Below, one piece after another: positions 44,486 to 54,948 of a stretch of DNA of 63,657 bases; positions within the stretch are counted from its first letter, which is position 1; the number at the start of each line of letters is the position of its first letter. The DNA is from Clostridia bacterium (lineage in GTDB: Bacteria > Bacillota > Clostridia > RUG12999): assembly GCA_045577655.1 (NCBI GenBank), contig JAZNIU010000003.1:1-63657 (forward strand), written 5' to 3'. The notes below the pieces were generated by a model. The model was not told where the DNA came from. It did not search any database and worked only from the letters and a program-made list of their open reading frames with translations. The position numbers and the translations under genes were made by a program.

Positions 44486-46215
44486 TATCTTGATGTTGCT
44501 CCGGAATCGTTGTTTACAGGCCCGGACGGAGGAGGAACAGGTGTAGTTTCGCTCTGCTGTGGCGCCTTGCCCACAACAACAGAAACTTCTGTTTCAATTT
44601 CAACCTCGGTGTCTGCAGTGACAGACTGTTCAATGACCTTGTTTACCATAGCAGCATTTTCACTGTAGGTTACTTCGCCAAGCTTTAAGTTTTCATCTTC
44701 CAGCTTTCTGCGTGCATCCTCAAGTGTCATATTTTTAATGCTTGGAACCTTTGTTTTTTCTTTACCCGTACTTACATATAATGTAACAGAGCTGCCCGCT
44801 TTTAATGTACTTCCGGCGCTGGGCGAATGTTTAATTACTGTATCAAGCGGGAAATCATCGTCTGTGGTTCTTTCTATGATTACGTCAATTCCAAGTCTTT
44901 CAAGTTCACTCTTAACCTCGTTGAAATCTTCGCCTTCATAATCTTTAAGAGAAACTTTTGCGCTGCCGAGACTCACTCTTACAACAATTTTTTCAACTTT
45001 TTTGGAATTGCCCGACTCGGGAGTTTGTTCCATAATCTGTCCTTTTGAATATTTGTTGCTGTAGTCTCCGTCTTTTTCTTCAAGCACAAACCCTGCTTCT
45101 TCACAAATTTTTTCTGCTTCGTCTAAGGTTTTTCCCAAAAGTTCAGGTACAGTAACAGTGTCTCCCCACGGCATAGCACCAGGGTTAAACGCCATAGCAA
45201 TTATAAGCACCGATAAAACAAAAACCAGTGACGTGAAAATCCAGGCTGCTTTGGAAGCACTTTTTCTGCCTGTATCATCTTTTTCATCGTCGTTTCCTTT
45301 TATAATAATTTTATCAGACGGAACATAACCGTTTCCATCCGGTTTAACTACCGGTACAAACTGTGTTGCATCTTCGTCTTTAATATCAATACTGTCCGGA
45401 TTTGAAATGACTCTTTTAAGATCTGTGGCAAATGCGCCGGCAGTTTGATATCTCTTCATAGGCTGTTTTGCCATTGCTTTAAGTACAACATCGCTGACAG
45501 TCTCGGGAATTGACGGGTTAATTGCCGCAGGAGGTTCGGGAACGCTGTCTGTGTGCATTTTTGCAACTGCAACAGGATTTTCTGCATCAAAAGGCACCTT
45601 TCCTGTCAGCATTTCATAGAGCACAACTCCCATAGAATATATGTCCGATTTAAAATCTATCGGGTCTCCGCACGCCTGTTCGGGTGAAAAATAGTGAACC
45701 GAACCCATAACATTACCCGCTCTCACAAGAGTGGAGCTTGTCACAGCTCTTGCTATACCAAAGTCTGTAACTTTAACTACGTTGTCTTTGGTAACCATTA
45801 TGTTATGCGGTTTAATATCTCTGTGAACAATATTTTTTCTGTGGGCGTGTTCTATTGCTGCCGCAATCTGCAAACCGTAAGAGCATGCCTTTTTCCAATC
45901 CATTTTCCCCGCATCAATAAGCTCTTTCACGGTTGTGCCTTCAATATATTCCATAACAAAATAGTCAAGATTTTCTTCGTTGCCTACATCATACACTGCA
46001 ACAATGTTGGGATGGTTAAGACTTGCGGCAGACCTTGCTTCGTTTTTAAAATTTTCAACAAAGTCCTTGTCGCTCCTTAATTCTTCACGCAAAACTTTAA
46101 CTGCAACATATCTGTTAAGCAGTCTGCATCTTGCTTTATACACAATTGCCATTCCGCCGCTGCCGATAACCTCGAGAATTTCATATCTTCCGCCAAGTAT
46201 ATTTCCTACCATCAC
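44485..46215 (-). CDS. prkC: Ser/Thr protein kinase with three extracellular PASTA domains
   Basis: Hanks kinase motifs (HRDIKPHN, DFGIA), one TM segment and three PASTA-like repeats. Confidence 0.92.
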   Translation of the reverse strand: MMVGNILGGRYEILEVIGSGGMAIVYKARCRLLNRYVAVKVLREELRSDKDFVENFKNEARSAASLNHPNIVAVYDVGNEENLDYFVMEYIEGTTVKELIDAGKMDWKKACSYGLQIAAAIEHAHRKNIVHRDIKPHNIMVTKDNVVKVTDFGIARAVTSSTLVRAGNVMGSVHYFSPEQACGDPIDFKSDIYSMGVVLYEMLTGKVPFDAENPVAVAKMHTDSVPEPPAAINPSIPETVSDVVLKAMAKQPMKRYQTAGAFATDLKRVISNPDSIDIKDEDATQFVPVVKPDGNGYVPSDKIIIKGNDDEKDDTGRKSASKAAWIFTSLVFVLSVLIIAMAFNPGAMPWGDTVTVPELLGKTLDEAEKICEEAGFVLEEKDGDYSNKYSKGQIMEQTPESGNSKKVEKIVVRVSLGSAKVSLKDYEGEDFNEVKSELERLGIDVIIERTTDDDFPLDTVIKHSPSAGSTLKAGSSVTLYVSTGKEKTKVPSIKNMTLEDARRKLEDENLKLGEVTYSENAAMVNKVIEQSVTADTEVEIETEVSVVVGKAPQQSETTPVPPPSGPVNNDSGATSR

Positions 46216-46922
46216 TTATCACCTCTGCTTTTTATAACTATTGCCGTTATGTCGTCTGTACTGCCGTTTTCTCTTGCTTTGCTGCAAAGATTCCGGGCAG
46301 CATCTTCCGGTTCGCTTTCATCCGCAATTTCCCATATCCGGCTGTTGTCAATAACATTTGAAACTCCGTCCGAACAAATAACTATCACAGTATCGTCCGT
46401 CATATCGGTAAACTCGGTTTCTATCTGAACATTTTCCTGAACACCGAGTGCCCTTGTGATAACGTTTTTCATTGTGTGTTCTTTTGCTTCTTCTCCGGAA
46501 ATTTCCCCCTTGTCAACAAGTTGTTGAACAAGAGAGTGGTCTTTTGTTACAAAGGTGTCTCCGTGGCCCTTGTTTATGTAAACTCTGCTGTCACCAACAT
46601 GAGCAACAAAAAGTTCTTTTCCTTTAACAAGGCACATGGCAAGCGTTGTTCCCATACCTTTATATTCTTCTTTTTCTTTTGCTTTTGCAAGTATTGCCTC
46701 GTTTGCCGCAAAAACTGCTTTCTGAATAGACTTTTCACTGAACCCGTCCAGATTCTTCTGTATAATGTCAATTGCCATCATACTTGCAATATCGCCGGCA
46801 GCATGTCCTCCCATACCGTCTGCAACAATAAAAAGATTTGTTTCATCAGAAAATTTTATCAGAAAATTGTCCTGATTTTTCTTGTGTTTTATTCCGTTTA
46901 ATGTGTAGCCCGAAGCTATCAT
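46212..46922 (-). CDS. stp: PP2C-family Ser/Thr phosphatase
   Basis: 236 aa with NQDNF, ADGMGGH and CSDG motifs. It overlaps prkC by 4 nt. Confidence 0.9.
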   Translation of the reverse strand: MIASGYTLNGIKHKKNQDNFLIKFSDETNLFIVADGMGGHAAGDIASMMAIDIIQKNLDGFSEKSIQKAVFAANEAILAKAKEKEEYKGMGTTLAMCLVKGKELFVAHVGDSRVYINKGHGDTFVTKDHSLVQQLVDKGEISGEEAKEHTMKNVITRALGVQENVQIETEFTDMTDDTVIVICSDGVSNVIDNSRIWEIADESEPEDAARNLCSKARENGSTDDITAIVIKSRGDK

Positions 46923-47950
46923 ACCTTTTCACTCTCCTTTGCTCTGAGTTGTCCGCAAGAAGCTTTTATATCATTTCCCAGTTGCCGTCTCACCGTCGCA
47001 TTAACGCCTCGCTTTAAAAGCAACTGCTGAAATTTCATAACATTTTCGCCGGTAGAACGTTTCATATTTTCTCTTGCCTCGTTCACCGGAATAAGATTGA
47101 CGTGGCACTGCATACCTTTTATCAAATCTGCAAGCTGATTTGCACAGGTCGTGCTGTCATTAACACCATGTATCAGAGTATATTCAAAGCTTACTCTTCT
47201 TCCCGTTTTTTTAACATACTCCCGACTGGCCGCCATCACTTTTTCTATATTATATTTTTTGTTTACCGGCATAATACTTTCTCTTAAACTGTCTGTGGGT
47301 GCATGGAGCGACAGTGAAAGGGTAACCGGCATTTTCTCTTCTGCCAGATCATATATTTTGTCGGCAAGTCCGCAGGTGGAAAGAGAAATGTGTCTGTAGC
47401 CTATTCCAAGCCCGTCGTGATTGCCCGCATTTTTCAAAAACTTTATAACATTATCATAATTATCAAGCGGTTCGCCTATCCCCATAAGCACCACGTTTGA
47501 AATTCTTTGTGACAAATCTTTACCGGCAAATATAATCTGGTCTATAATCTCGCCCGGTGTTAAATTTCTCACTTTTCCGCCTACTGTAGAGGCACAGAAC
47601 TTACACCCCATATTGCAGCCCACCTGTGTGGAAATACAAATGCTTTTCCCGTGGTTATATTCCATAACCACACTCTCGATAAACTCGCCGTCCGAAAGCA
47701 TCCAGACATATTTGACGGTGCCGTCTTTTGAAATATATTTAGCTCTTATTTGAGGCACGCTGATAAACGCTTTTCTACTCAGTTTCTCTCTCAGAGGTTT
47801 GGATATGTTTGACATATCGCCAAAGCTTTCCGCACCTTTGTAGAGCCAGTTATAAATCTGTTTTGCCCTGAAAGCAGGTTCGCCCGCCTCTTTTACGAAA
47901 CTCGCAAGTTCATCGTAGGTTAAATCTTTAAGGTTAATCAATTTCATCAT
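46919..47950 (-). CDS. rlmN: 23S rRNA/tRNA (adenine-C2)-methyltransferase, radical SAM
   Basis: 343 aa with GCNMGCKFCAS and FRAKQIYNWLY. Confidence 0.93.
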   Translation of the reverse strand: MMKLINLKDLTYDELASFVKEAGEPAFRAKQIYNWLYKGAESFGDMSNISKPLREKLSRKAFISVPQIRAKYISKDGTVKYVWMLSDGEFIESVVMEYNHGKSICISTQVGCNMGCKFCASTVGGKVRNLTPGEIIDQIIFAGKDLSQRISNVVLMGIGEPLDNYDNVIKFLKNAGNHDGLGIGYRHISLSTCGLADKIYDLAEEKMPVTLSLSLHAPTDSLRESIMPVNKKYNIEKVMAASREYVKKTGRRVSFEYTLIHGVNDSTTCANQLADLIKGMQCHVNLIPVNEARENMKRSTGENVMKFQQLLLKRGVNATVRRQLGNDIKASCGQLRAKESEKV

Positions 47951-49200
47951 CCTCTAACGAATTTTGCTATAAAAAATCCGTCTGTTCTGTCTTTGTCAGG
48001 CAACAGTTCCATCGGTTCACCGCACAAAGAGAATTCTTTGTTTTGTTCTAAAAACTTTTCAACAACTGCCATGTTTTCAATGTTGCTGACGGTACATGTG
48101 CTGTATACCATGTTCCCGCCTTTTTTTACATATTTCGCAGAAACATCTAAAATTCTGCCCTGAATTTCCGCAAGTTCTGCCAGGTCCCCTTCTTTTCTCA
48201 TATATCTTATTTCCGGTTTTCTTCGCAAAATTCCAAGACCGGAACAGGGCGCATCCACCAGCACTTTATCGGCACAGCCAATAAATTCTTCATTAACCAG
48301 GGTGGCATCATTAAGCTTTGTATGTATTATATCCACGCCAAGTCGTTTTGCAGTTTTTTCTATAATCTCAAGCTTATGCTCATAAATGTCAAAAGCAAAT
48401 ATTTTTCCTTCATTTTCCATAAGCTGAGCCATATAGGTTGTTTTTCCGCCGGGTGCAGCACAAACGTCTATAACCTTTTCGCCCTTTTTGGGAGCAAGCG
48501 TACGTGCGGCAAGTGCAGATGCCTCATCCTGCGGATAATAATATCCTTTTTCAAACATTTCATCGTTTTTGACATCTGTTCCGCCTGTTAGTATAACAAC
48601 ATCACCAACAAGCTCCGACTGCCGTCCGCCACGTTTTTCCAGAAATTCATCTACAGAAATTTTAAGCGTATTGACTCTGACGGAAAAGGGCGGTTTTTCG
48701 TTCATTGAAGCAAGTAAACCCTCAAGTCTGTCGCCATACATTTGCTGCCACATTTTGCAAATCCAGAGCGGACATGAATAATAGGTGCTAAGCCCCTCAA
48801 TGCTTTCCATATCATAGGTAATCTCTTTATCCTTGCGGATAACCCCTCTGAGCAGAGCATTGACAAATCCGCTTGCCGACGTTTTTTTGCATTTTTTAAC
48901 AAGTTTTATACTCTCGTTAGTTATGGCATACGGAGGGATTTTGTCCATAAACTCTGCCTGATACACTCCCATTCTTAAAATGTTCATTATATCAGGAGAT
49001 ATTTTCTTTAGCGGAATTTTTGAGTATTGTTTTATAATATAATCAATCCTGAGCATATTCTGCAAAACACCGTAAACAATGTTTGTTGCAAGTGCCTTAT
49101 CTTTACTATCAAGCAAGTCTATCCCTTTTAAAAGCTCAAGATTTGAATATTTTTCACCATAAATTACATCATTTAATATATTTAATACTTTGTATCTCAT
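47947..49200 (-). CDS. rsmB: 16S rRNA (cytosine967-C5)-methyltransferase
   Basis: 417 aa. An NusB-like N-terminal domain is followed by DVCAAPGGKT, DAPCSGLG and YSTCT motifs. Confidence 0.9.
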   Translation of the reverse strand: MRYKVLNILNDVIYGEKYSNLELLKGIDLLDSKDKALATNIVYGVLQNMLRIDYIIKQYSKIPLKKISPDIMNILRMGVYQAEFMDKIPPYAITNESIKLVKKCKKTSASGFVNALLRGVIRKDKEITYDMESIEGLSTYYSCPLWICKMWQQMYGDRLEGLLASMNEKPPFSVRVNTLKISVDEFLEKRGGRQSELVGDVVILTGGTDVKNDEMFEKGYYYPQDEASALAARTLAPKKGEKVIDVCAAPGGKTTYMAQLMENEGKIFAFDIYEHKLEIIEKTAKRLGVDIIHTKLNDATLVNEEFIGCADKVLVDAPCSGLGILRRKPEIRYMRKEGDLAELAEIQGRILDVSAKYVKKGGNMVYSTCTVSNIENMAVVEKFLEQNKEFSLCGEPMELLPDKDRTDGFFIAKFVRG

Positions 49201-49889
49201 CTTCTTCTGCCCCGTGAAATAAGAATAAGTCGGAGCAAGCTCATAAGACTTGTCAGCATTGCCGCAACATAGGTAAGCGCTGCTGCAGAAAGCACTTTTT
49301 TTGCACCGCGGAGCTCTTCCTCATTTAAAATGCCCGTGCTTTTAAGTGCTGAAATGGCACGTCTGCTTGCATTGAATTCTACCGGAAGTGTTATAACCTG
49401 GAAAAGTACAACGCCCGAAAAGAGCAACAGCCCTGCATTTACCAGCACCGGAAATCCGAAAATTAGTCCCATAATTGCTATGGGCATTGCCATATTTGAC
49501 CCAAACTGTGCAACCGGCAAAACAAAATTTCTTGCTTTGATAGCAAAATATCCTACGTTATGCTGAACAGCGTGGCCCGTTTCGTGTGCCGCCACACCTA
49601 TTGCAGCGATTGAACTGCTGGAATATACCGGTTCGGACAAGCTTATCTCATTTGTTCTGGGATTATAATTGTCAGTAAGCTGACCATTTATCTGTTTAAT
49701 TCCAACACCCTGAACACCTTTTTCCATCAATATAATATTTGCTGCGTCTTCCCCTGTGATACCTTTTTTTGAAAAGACCGAAGAATATTTTTTAAATGTT
49801 CCGGTCACTTTTGTCTGCGCAATCACCGACAGAATAATTGCCGGCAGCACAAGCAGAATATAGTATATATCTATTCCGTAATAATACAT
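49197..49889 (-). CDS. membrane zinc metallopeptidase (YugP/Zn_peptidase_2-like)
   Basis: 230 aa with the HExxH motif in AAHETGHAVQH, flanked by TM segments. Confidence 0.8.
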   Translation of the reverse strand: MYYYGIDIYYILLVLPAIILSVIAQTKVTGTFKKYSSVFSKKGITGEDAANIILMEKGVQGVGIKQINGQLTDNYNPRTNEISLSEPVYSSSSIAAIGVAAHETGHAVQHNVGYFAIKARNFVLPVAQFGSNMAMPIAIMGLIFGFPVLVNAGLLLFSGVVLFQVITLPVEFNASRRAISALKSTGILNEEELRGAKKVLSAAALTYVAAMLTSLMSLLRLILISRGRRR

Positions 49890-50794
49890 AAATCAGCCGC
49901 TCCTCTAACAAAATCTTCGGCATTCATACGTTTTTTCCCCTGAAGCTGGACCTCTTTGAAAACAATCTGCCCGTCTGCACATGCGACAGAAAGAGCGCCT
50001 TCTTTGGACACAATTTCTCCGCATTTTCTGCCGCAGGCACCCAAAGCCATTTCTGCCGAGAACACTTTAAGTATGCCCTTATTTGTCATAGTGTATGCTA
50101 CCGGCCAGGGATTAAGTCCTCTTATTAAATTATAAATTTCACTCACTTTTTTGTCAAAGCATATTTTTCCCAATTCTTTAGTAAGCATGGGTGCATAGGT
50201 TGCCTCATCGTCATTCTGCGGAGTTCTTTCATAATTCCCGTCAAAAACTTTTTTCACCGTCTTTAAAAGCAGTTCTGCTCCTTCAGCGGCTATTCTGTCA
50301 TAAAGCTCGCCGGCAGTTTCCTTTTCTCCTATTTCGGTTTTGTAAACATCTATCATATCGCCGGTATCAAGACCTTCATTCATAAACATAGTGGTCGCAC
50401 CGGCAAATTTATCACCGTTTATAACGCTCCACTGAATTGGCGCACTCCCTCTGAGTTTGGGCAGAAGCGACCCGTGAAGGTTGATGCAGCCAAATTTCGG
50501 ATAGTCTAAAACATATTTTGGCAAAATCCGTCCGTATGCAACAACAACGATAAGGTCGGGTTTTTCTTTTTCGAGCGCGTCAAGCAGCTGTCCGTCCTTT
50601 AACCTTTCGGGCTGATAAACATTCATCCCGTGTTTAATTGCAAACTCTTTAACGGGAGGCATAACAATTTTTTTGTCTCTGCCCTGTTCTTTGTCCGAAC
50701 GGCACACAACACTTGTTATGTTATATCCCTCATTATAGAGTTTTTCAAGACTTGTCAGCGCAAAATCGGGCGTACCCATAAACATTATATTCAA
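49871..50794 (-). CDS. fmt: methionyl-tRNA formyltransferase
   Basis: 307 aa with FMGTPDFA, NLHGSLLPKLRG and a C-terminal OB-like domain. Confidence 0.95.
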   Translation of the reverse strand: MNIMFMGTPDFALTSLEKLYNEGYNITSVVCRSDKEQGRDKKIVMPPVKEFAIKHGMNVYQPERLKDGQLLDALEKEKPDLIVVVAYGRILPKYVLDYPKFGCINLHGSLLPKLRGSAPIQWSVINGDKFAGATTMFMNEGLDTGDMIDVYKTEIGEKETAGELYDRIAAEGAELLLKTVKKVFDGNYERTPQNDDEATYAPMLTKELGKICFDKKVSEIYNLIRGLNPWPVAYTMTNKGILKVFSAEMALGACGRKCGEIVSKEGALSVACADGQIVFKEVQLQGKKRMNAEDFVRGAADLCIITE

Positions 50795-50800
50795 ATCTGT

Positions 50801-51256
50801 TCAGTCCTTACTTTCAAGATTGTTTGCCCTTGATATGAAAAGCGTACCATCAAGGTGGTCAATTTCATGGCAGAACGCTCTGGCGGTAAATTCGCTCACT
50901 TTGTATTCATGAAAATTCCCGTCACGGTCCTGTGCTTTTACTGTTACATAAAGAGGTCTGTCGACATTTCCCCATTTGCCCGGCACGCTGAGGCAGCCCT
51001 CCTGACCGGTTTGAACGCCGTCAGAACTTACAATCTCGGGGTTTACAAGCTCATACAGCCCCTCACCTACATCAACAACGACAACACGTTTTAAAATGCC
51101 TATCTGAACAGCAGCAAGTCCAACACCGTTTGCTGCATACATTGTTTCTGCCATATCGTCCAGAAGCTGACCGAGCTTTTCGTCAAAATTTTCTACCAGT
51201 CTGCTTTTTTTATAGAGAATGTCGTCTCCTATTGTAACTATTTTTCTCAGTGCCAT
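50801..51256 (-). CDS. def: peptide deformylase
   Basis: 151 aa with GVGLAAVQIG, EGCLS and HEIDHL. Confidence 0.95.
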   Translation of the reverse strand: MALRKIVTIGDDILYKKSRLVENFDEKLGQLLDDMAETMYAANGVGLAAVQIGILKRVVVVDVGEGLYELVNPEIVSSDGVQTGQEGCLSVPGKWGNVDRPLYVTVKAQDRDGNFHEYKVSEFTARAFCHEIDHLDGTLFISRANNLESKD

Positions 51257-51273
51257 TTTTTGTCTCCTTCTGA

Positions 51274-53709
51274 TTATAATACCGATGTGGGGTTTATTCC
51301 CACTGTAACAGAAATTTTGGTTTTGTTCTGTTCGTGGTCTTCAAGCACACCGTGCAAAACATCAAGAATTTTGTCTCCCGAAACCTTTAACAGTATCCGG
51401 TACCTGAACCTGTTTTTTATTTTGGAAAGAGGTGCAGGCATTGGTTCAAAATAGTCTGCACACATAACATTGTTTTGTTCCAGATGTTTTTTTATAAGAT
51501 TATTCACGATATAGGAATAATTTTCTGTGTCCTTTTCATTTTCACCCGAAACAACAACATTTATTATTCTGACAAACGGAGGGTTTTTCAGCATATGTCT
51601 CAGCTTTATTTCCCCTTCGTAGAATTTTTCATAATTTTGGTTTTTTGCAAGTACAAGTGCCGGAGCCGCCGGATTGTAGCTCTGGATAATAGCTCTGCCC
51701 GGAATATCTCCTCTGCCTGCTCTGCCGCAAACCTGTGTCAGCATTGAAAAGCTTCTTTCGGAAGCTCGGTAATCGTCCATATTAAGCATTACATCCGCAG
51801 CTATAACTCCAACAAGAGTAACTGACGGATAGTCAATTCCTTTTGTGACCATCTGTGTTCCTATAAGAACATCTACACGGTCTTTTTCAAATCTGTTTAG
51901 TATTTCCTGGTGGGAATGTCTGCCTGAAGTTGTGTCGGCATCCATACGCAGAACAGAAATACCGGGGAACCTTTTTTTAAGGTCCTCTTCAATCCGCTGG
52001 GTGCCTGTGCCGAAATATTTTATATAGTAGCTTCCGCATTCGGGACAGGTATGCATATTATTGCAGCTGTATCCGCAGTAGTGGCACACAAGTGTATCTG
52101 TTGAGGAATGATAGGTCAGGCTGACATCACAATGGGGACATTTTGCTACAAACCCACATGCTCTGCAGGTTACAAACGTAGAATATCCCCTGCGATTTAA
52201 AAACAGGATGGTTTGTTCTTTTTTTTGCAGATTTTTTTCAATTTCCTCGCAAAGACGGTTGCTGAGTATCCCTCTGTTGCCCGCTGCAAGTTCTCTTGTC
52301 ATATCAACAATCTCAACCGCCGGCAAATTCTGTTTGTTAAACCTCTCTGTCAGTTTGAGAATCTTATATTTGCCCTGTTGAGCATTATAATAGGTTGACA
52401 CCGAAGGGGTTGCAGACGCTAAAACGACAACGCCGCCATACTGTCTGCCACGGAAAAGTGCAACATTAACCGCACTGTAGCAAGGAGCTGATTCAGATTT
52501 GTAGGAATCGTCATGTTCCTCATCCACAATTATCAGCCCCACGTTGTCAAAAGGTGCAAAAATTGCCGAACGTGCACCAACAACAAGACGTGCCTCGCCG
52601 TTTTTTATTCTGCACCATTCGTCATATCTTTCCCCCATAGAAAGCCCGCTGTGCAAAAGTGCAACCGTTTTGCCGAATCTGCTTGTTACCCTGTCCACCA
52701 TTTGCGGAGTAAGGGAAATTTCCGGCACCAGTATAATTGCATTTTTGCCTTGTTTTATACACTCTGCTGCTGCCTGCAGGAAAACTTCCGTTTTTCCGCT
52801 GCCTGTTATTCCGTGAAGAAGTATTGTTTCAGTTTTCGACCTGTTAAGAGAGTCTGATATATAATCAATTGCTATCTTTTGTTCTTTGGTAGGCGTTTTG
52901 TGAAGCTCTTTCACATCACCAAGTTCAGAGGGCAAACGGAAAATTTGTTTTTCCCCCAGAACTACATAACCCTTTTTTTCAAGCAGTTGAACAGAGGAAC
53001 GGCTGCAATTTGCCATCTCCAAAAGTTCTGATACCGGAAGGCTTGTATGCTCGGTGAGTAGTTCAAAAGCAACTGCCGCCTTTTTTGAAGAACCTTTAAG
53101 TTCGGAGATTATGTCTTCAAACAAAGCTTCGTCAACATTAACAGTTGCAAAGCTTCTCATTTTCTCTTTACTTTTTCCGACAGTTCTCTCAAACGTTTTA
53201 ACAATACCCTTTTTTTCAAGATTAGTTATAACCGAAGAACTCTTAATGCCTGCGGCAGAAAGAAGTCTGTTTATTTCAATGTCTTTTTTTGCTGCTGAAA
53301 GAATGTTAAAGGCTGCCTTTTGTGTGGCAGTGAGCCCAACCGCTTGTGCACCATCCACCAGCGCCACACGACGTTCTGTCTTGACGTTTAGTGCCGGCGG
53401 CAGCAAAAGTCTTAGTGCCTGTGCCATATTTATAAGACAGGTTTTGCTGATATATTCCGCAAGTTTCATACCGTAATCTGAAATTATCGGTTGACTGTCC
53501 AGAACTGTTTTAACTTTTTTCATTTCTCCCGCATAATCTGTTTTGTCAGTTATGCCCACACAGTACCCATCGCAGGTTTTGTTTGCTCCGCCAAAAGGCA
53601 CAAGCACTCTCATCCCTGCGCAGAGGTTCATGGACTCGTCCGCAAGATAATGATAAATGCGGTTTAAGCTCCGCACCTGCGAATTTATTATTATTTCAGC
53701 AATTTTCAT
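51274..53709 (-). CDS. priA: primosomal replication restart helicase PriA
   Basis: 811 aa with Walker A GITGSGKTEV, DEEHD and a Cys-rich Zn-binding insert (CRACG...CPHCD...CHYCG...CPECG). Confidence 0.95.
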   Translation of the reverse strand: MKIAEIIINSQVRSLNRIYHYLADESMNLCAGMRVLVPFGGANKTCDGYCVGITDKTDYAGEMKKVKTVLDSQPIISDYGMKLAEYISKTCLINMAQALRLLLPPALNVKTERRVALVDGAQAVGLTATQKAAFNILSAAKKDIEINRLLSAAGIKSSSVITNLEKKGIVKTFERTVGKSKEKMRSFATVNVDEALFEDIISELKGSSKKAAVAFELLTEHTSLPVSELLEMANCSRSSVQLLEKKGYVVLGEKQIFRLPSELGDVKELHKTPTKEQKIAIDYISDSLNRSKTETILLHGITGSGKTEVFLQAAAECIKQGKNAIILVPEISLTPQMVDRVTSRFGKTVALLHSGLSMGERYDEWCRIKNGEARLVVGARSAIFAPFDNVGLIIVDEEHDDSYKSESAPCYSAVNVALFRGRQYGGVVVLASATPSVSTYYNAQQGKYKILKLTERFNKQNLPAVEIVDMTRELAAGNRGILSNRLCEEIEKNLQKKEQTILFLNRRGYSTFVTCRACGFVAKCPHCDVSLTYHSSTDTLVCHYCGYSCNNMHTCPECGSYYIKYFGTGTQRIEEDLKKRFPGISVLRMDADTTSGRHSHQEILNRFEKDRVDVLIGTQMVTKGIDYPSVTLVGVIAADVMLNMDDYRASERSFSMLTQVCGRAGRGDIPGRAIIQSYNPAAPALVLAKNQNYEKFYEGEIKLRHMLKNPPFVRIINVVVSGENEKDTENYSYIVNNLIKKHLEQNNVMCADYFEPMPAPLSKIKNRFRYRILLKVSGDKILDVLHGVLEDHEQNKTKISVTVGINPTSVL

Positions 53710-53732
53710 TTAAAACCATCTCCGGTTTAATA

Positions 53733-54056
53733 CTATAACTCTATTTTGTCCTCTTCAGAAGGCATAACACTGCCGAGAACGCTGCTGCCAAAACCTTCAG
53801 TTTTATATCCTTCTCCGTCTTTTGTTATATACACTTTACCTTCAGAGATTTCCTCAACCGCTTTTACAATGGGTTTTTTATAGTTTTTATCAGCTTTTGG
53901 AGAACTTTTTGTAACCGAGAACTGAACATCTGCCTCTTCTTTTTCTTTTGCTCTTTCAGCATTAGCTATTTCTCTTGCTCTTTTAGCAGTTGCAATTACA
54001 AGTTCATACTTGTTACCTGTTTTGGAAACCAGTTTGTCAATTGGTGGATAAATCAT
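53733..54056 (-). CDS. rpoZ: DNA-directed RNA polymerase subunit omega
   Basis: 107 aa. NKYELVIATAKRAREI fits omega, and the position between gmk and priA is the expected one. Confidence 0.88.
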   Translation of the reverse strand: MIYPPIDKLVSKTGNKYELVIATAKRAREIANAERAKEKEEADVQFSVTKSSPKADKNYKKPIVKAVEEISEGKVYITKDGEGYKTEGFGSSVLGSVMPSEEDKIEL

Positions 54057-54658
54057 TTTTTTGCCTCCTCTATTGCTTTCTTATTTCTTATTACTTTAAG
54101 TTTTTCTGCCGCACATATCGATTCAAGACCACGTGCAGCATTTTCTATAGTGTCATTTAATATCACATAGTCATAATGCTTTATGCATTCAAACTCTTCT
54201 TTGGCACGGCTAAGCCGTCTTTCTATAACCTCGGCAGTTTCCGTTCCTCTGCCGGTGAGTCTTCCCCTGAGTTCTGTAAATGATGGCGGAATTACAAACA
54301 CAAGCACACTGTCCGGGTATTTTTCTTTGACATTCATTGCTCCTTCAATTTCAATTTCAAGGAGAACATCCGTGCCCTTTTCAAGCTTTTCTTCCACCGC
54401 GGTTTTTAAAGTGCCATAGTAATTGTCCACAAAACAAACATACTCGAGAAGATTGTCTTGTTCTATCATTTCTTTAAACTTGTCTTTAGTTAAAAAGTAG
54501 TAGCTTTCTCCATCTGTCTCACCCGGTCTTGGTGCACGGGTGGTTGCCGAAACGGAGAGCTTGACATTTGGGTTGTTTTTAAGAAATTCTTTGCACACCG
54601 TTCCCTTTCCGACCCCCGCCGGACCGGACACAACAAGTAAAAGTCCTTTACTGTTCAT
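54053..54658 (-). CDS. gmk: guanylate kinase
   Basis: [23 protein letters not shown] and YYGT motifs. Start is at MNSKG (GAGGTGG RBS). The track ORF adds 8 codons. Confidence 0.93.
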   Translation of the reverse strand: MNSKGLLLVVSGPAGVGKGTVCKEFLKNNPNVKLSVSATTRAPRPGETDGESYYFLTKDKFKEMIEQDNLLEYVCFVDNYYGTLKTAVEEKLEKGTDVLLEIEIEGAMNVKEKYPDSVLVFVIPPSFTELRGRLTGRGTETAEVIERRLSRAKEEFECIKHYDYVILNDTIENAARGLESICAAEKLKVIRNKKAIEEAKK

Positions 54659-54932
54659 CTTCAACCACCTCTGACAAATCATTGTCTTTTCCTGTCATTC
54701 TGTGTGCTACTGTTTCAGGCTGCACAGCCGACAAAATAACGTGATCGCTGTCGGTTATTAAAACTGCTCTTGTTCTTCTGCCGTAGGTTGCATCAATAAG
54801 CATGCCTCTTTCTCTTGCTTCCTGAACCATTCGTTTAACGGGTGCCGACTCTGGACTTATAATAGCAACAAGCCGATTTGCAGGCACTATGTTGCCGAAA
54901 CCTATGTTTATAAGTTTAATTTCCTGTTTCAT
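54648..54932 (-). CDS. remA: RemA/DUF370 family regulator
   Basis: 94 aa with LINIGFGN.V...R.VAI..P.SAP.KR.....R.....ID.T.GR.TR.... Confidence 0.88.
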   Translation of the reverse strand: MKQEIKLINIGFGNIVPANRLVAIISPESAPVKRMVQEARERGMLIDATYGRRTRAVLITDSDHVILSAVQPETVAHRMTGKDNDLSEVVEDEQ

Positions 54933-54948
54933 ATTTTCCTCCCGTCAG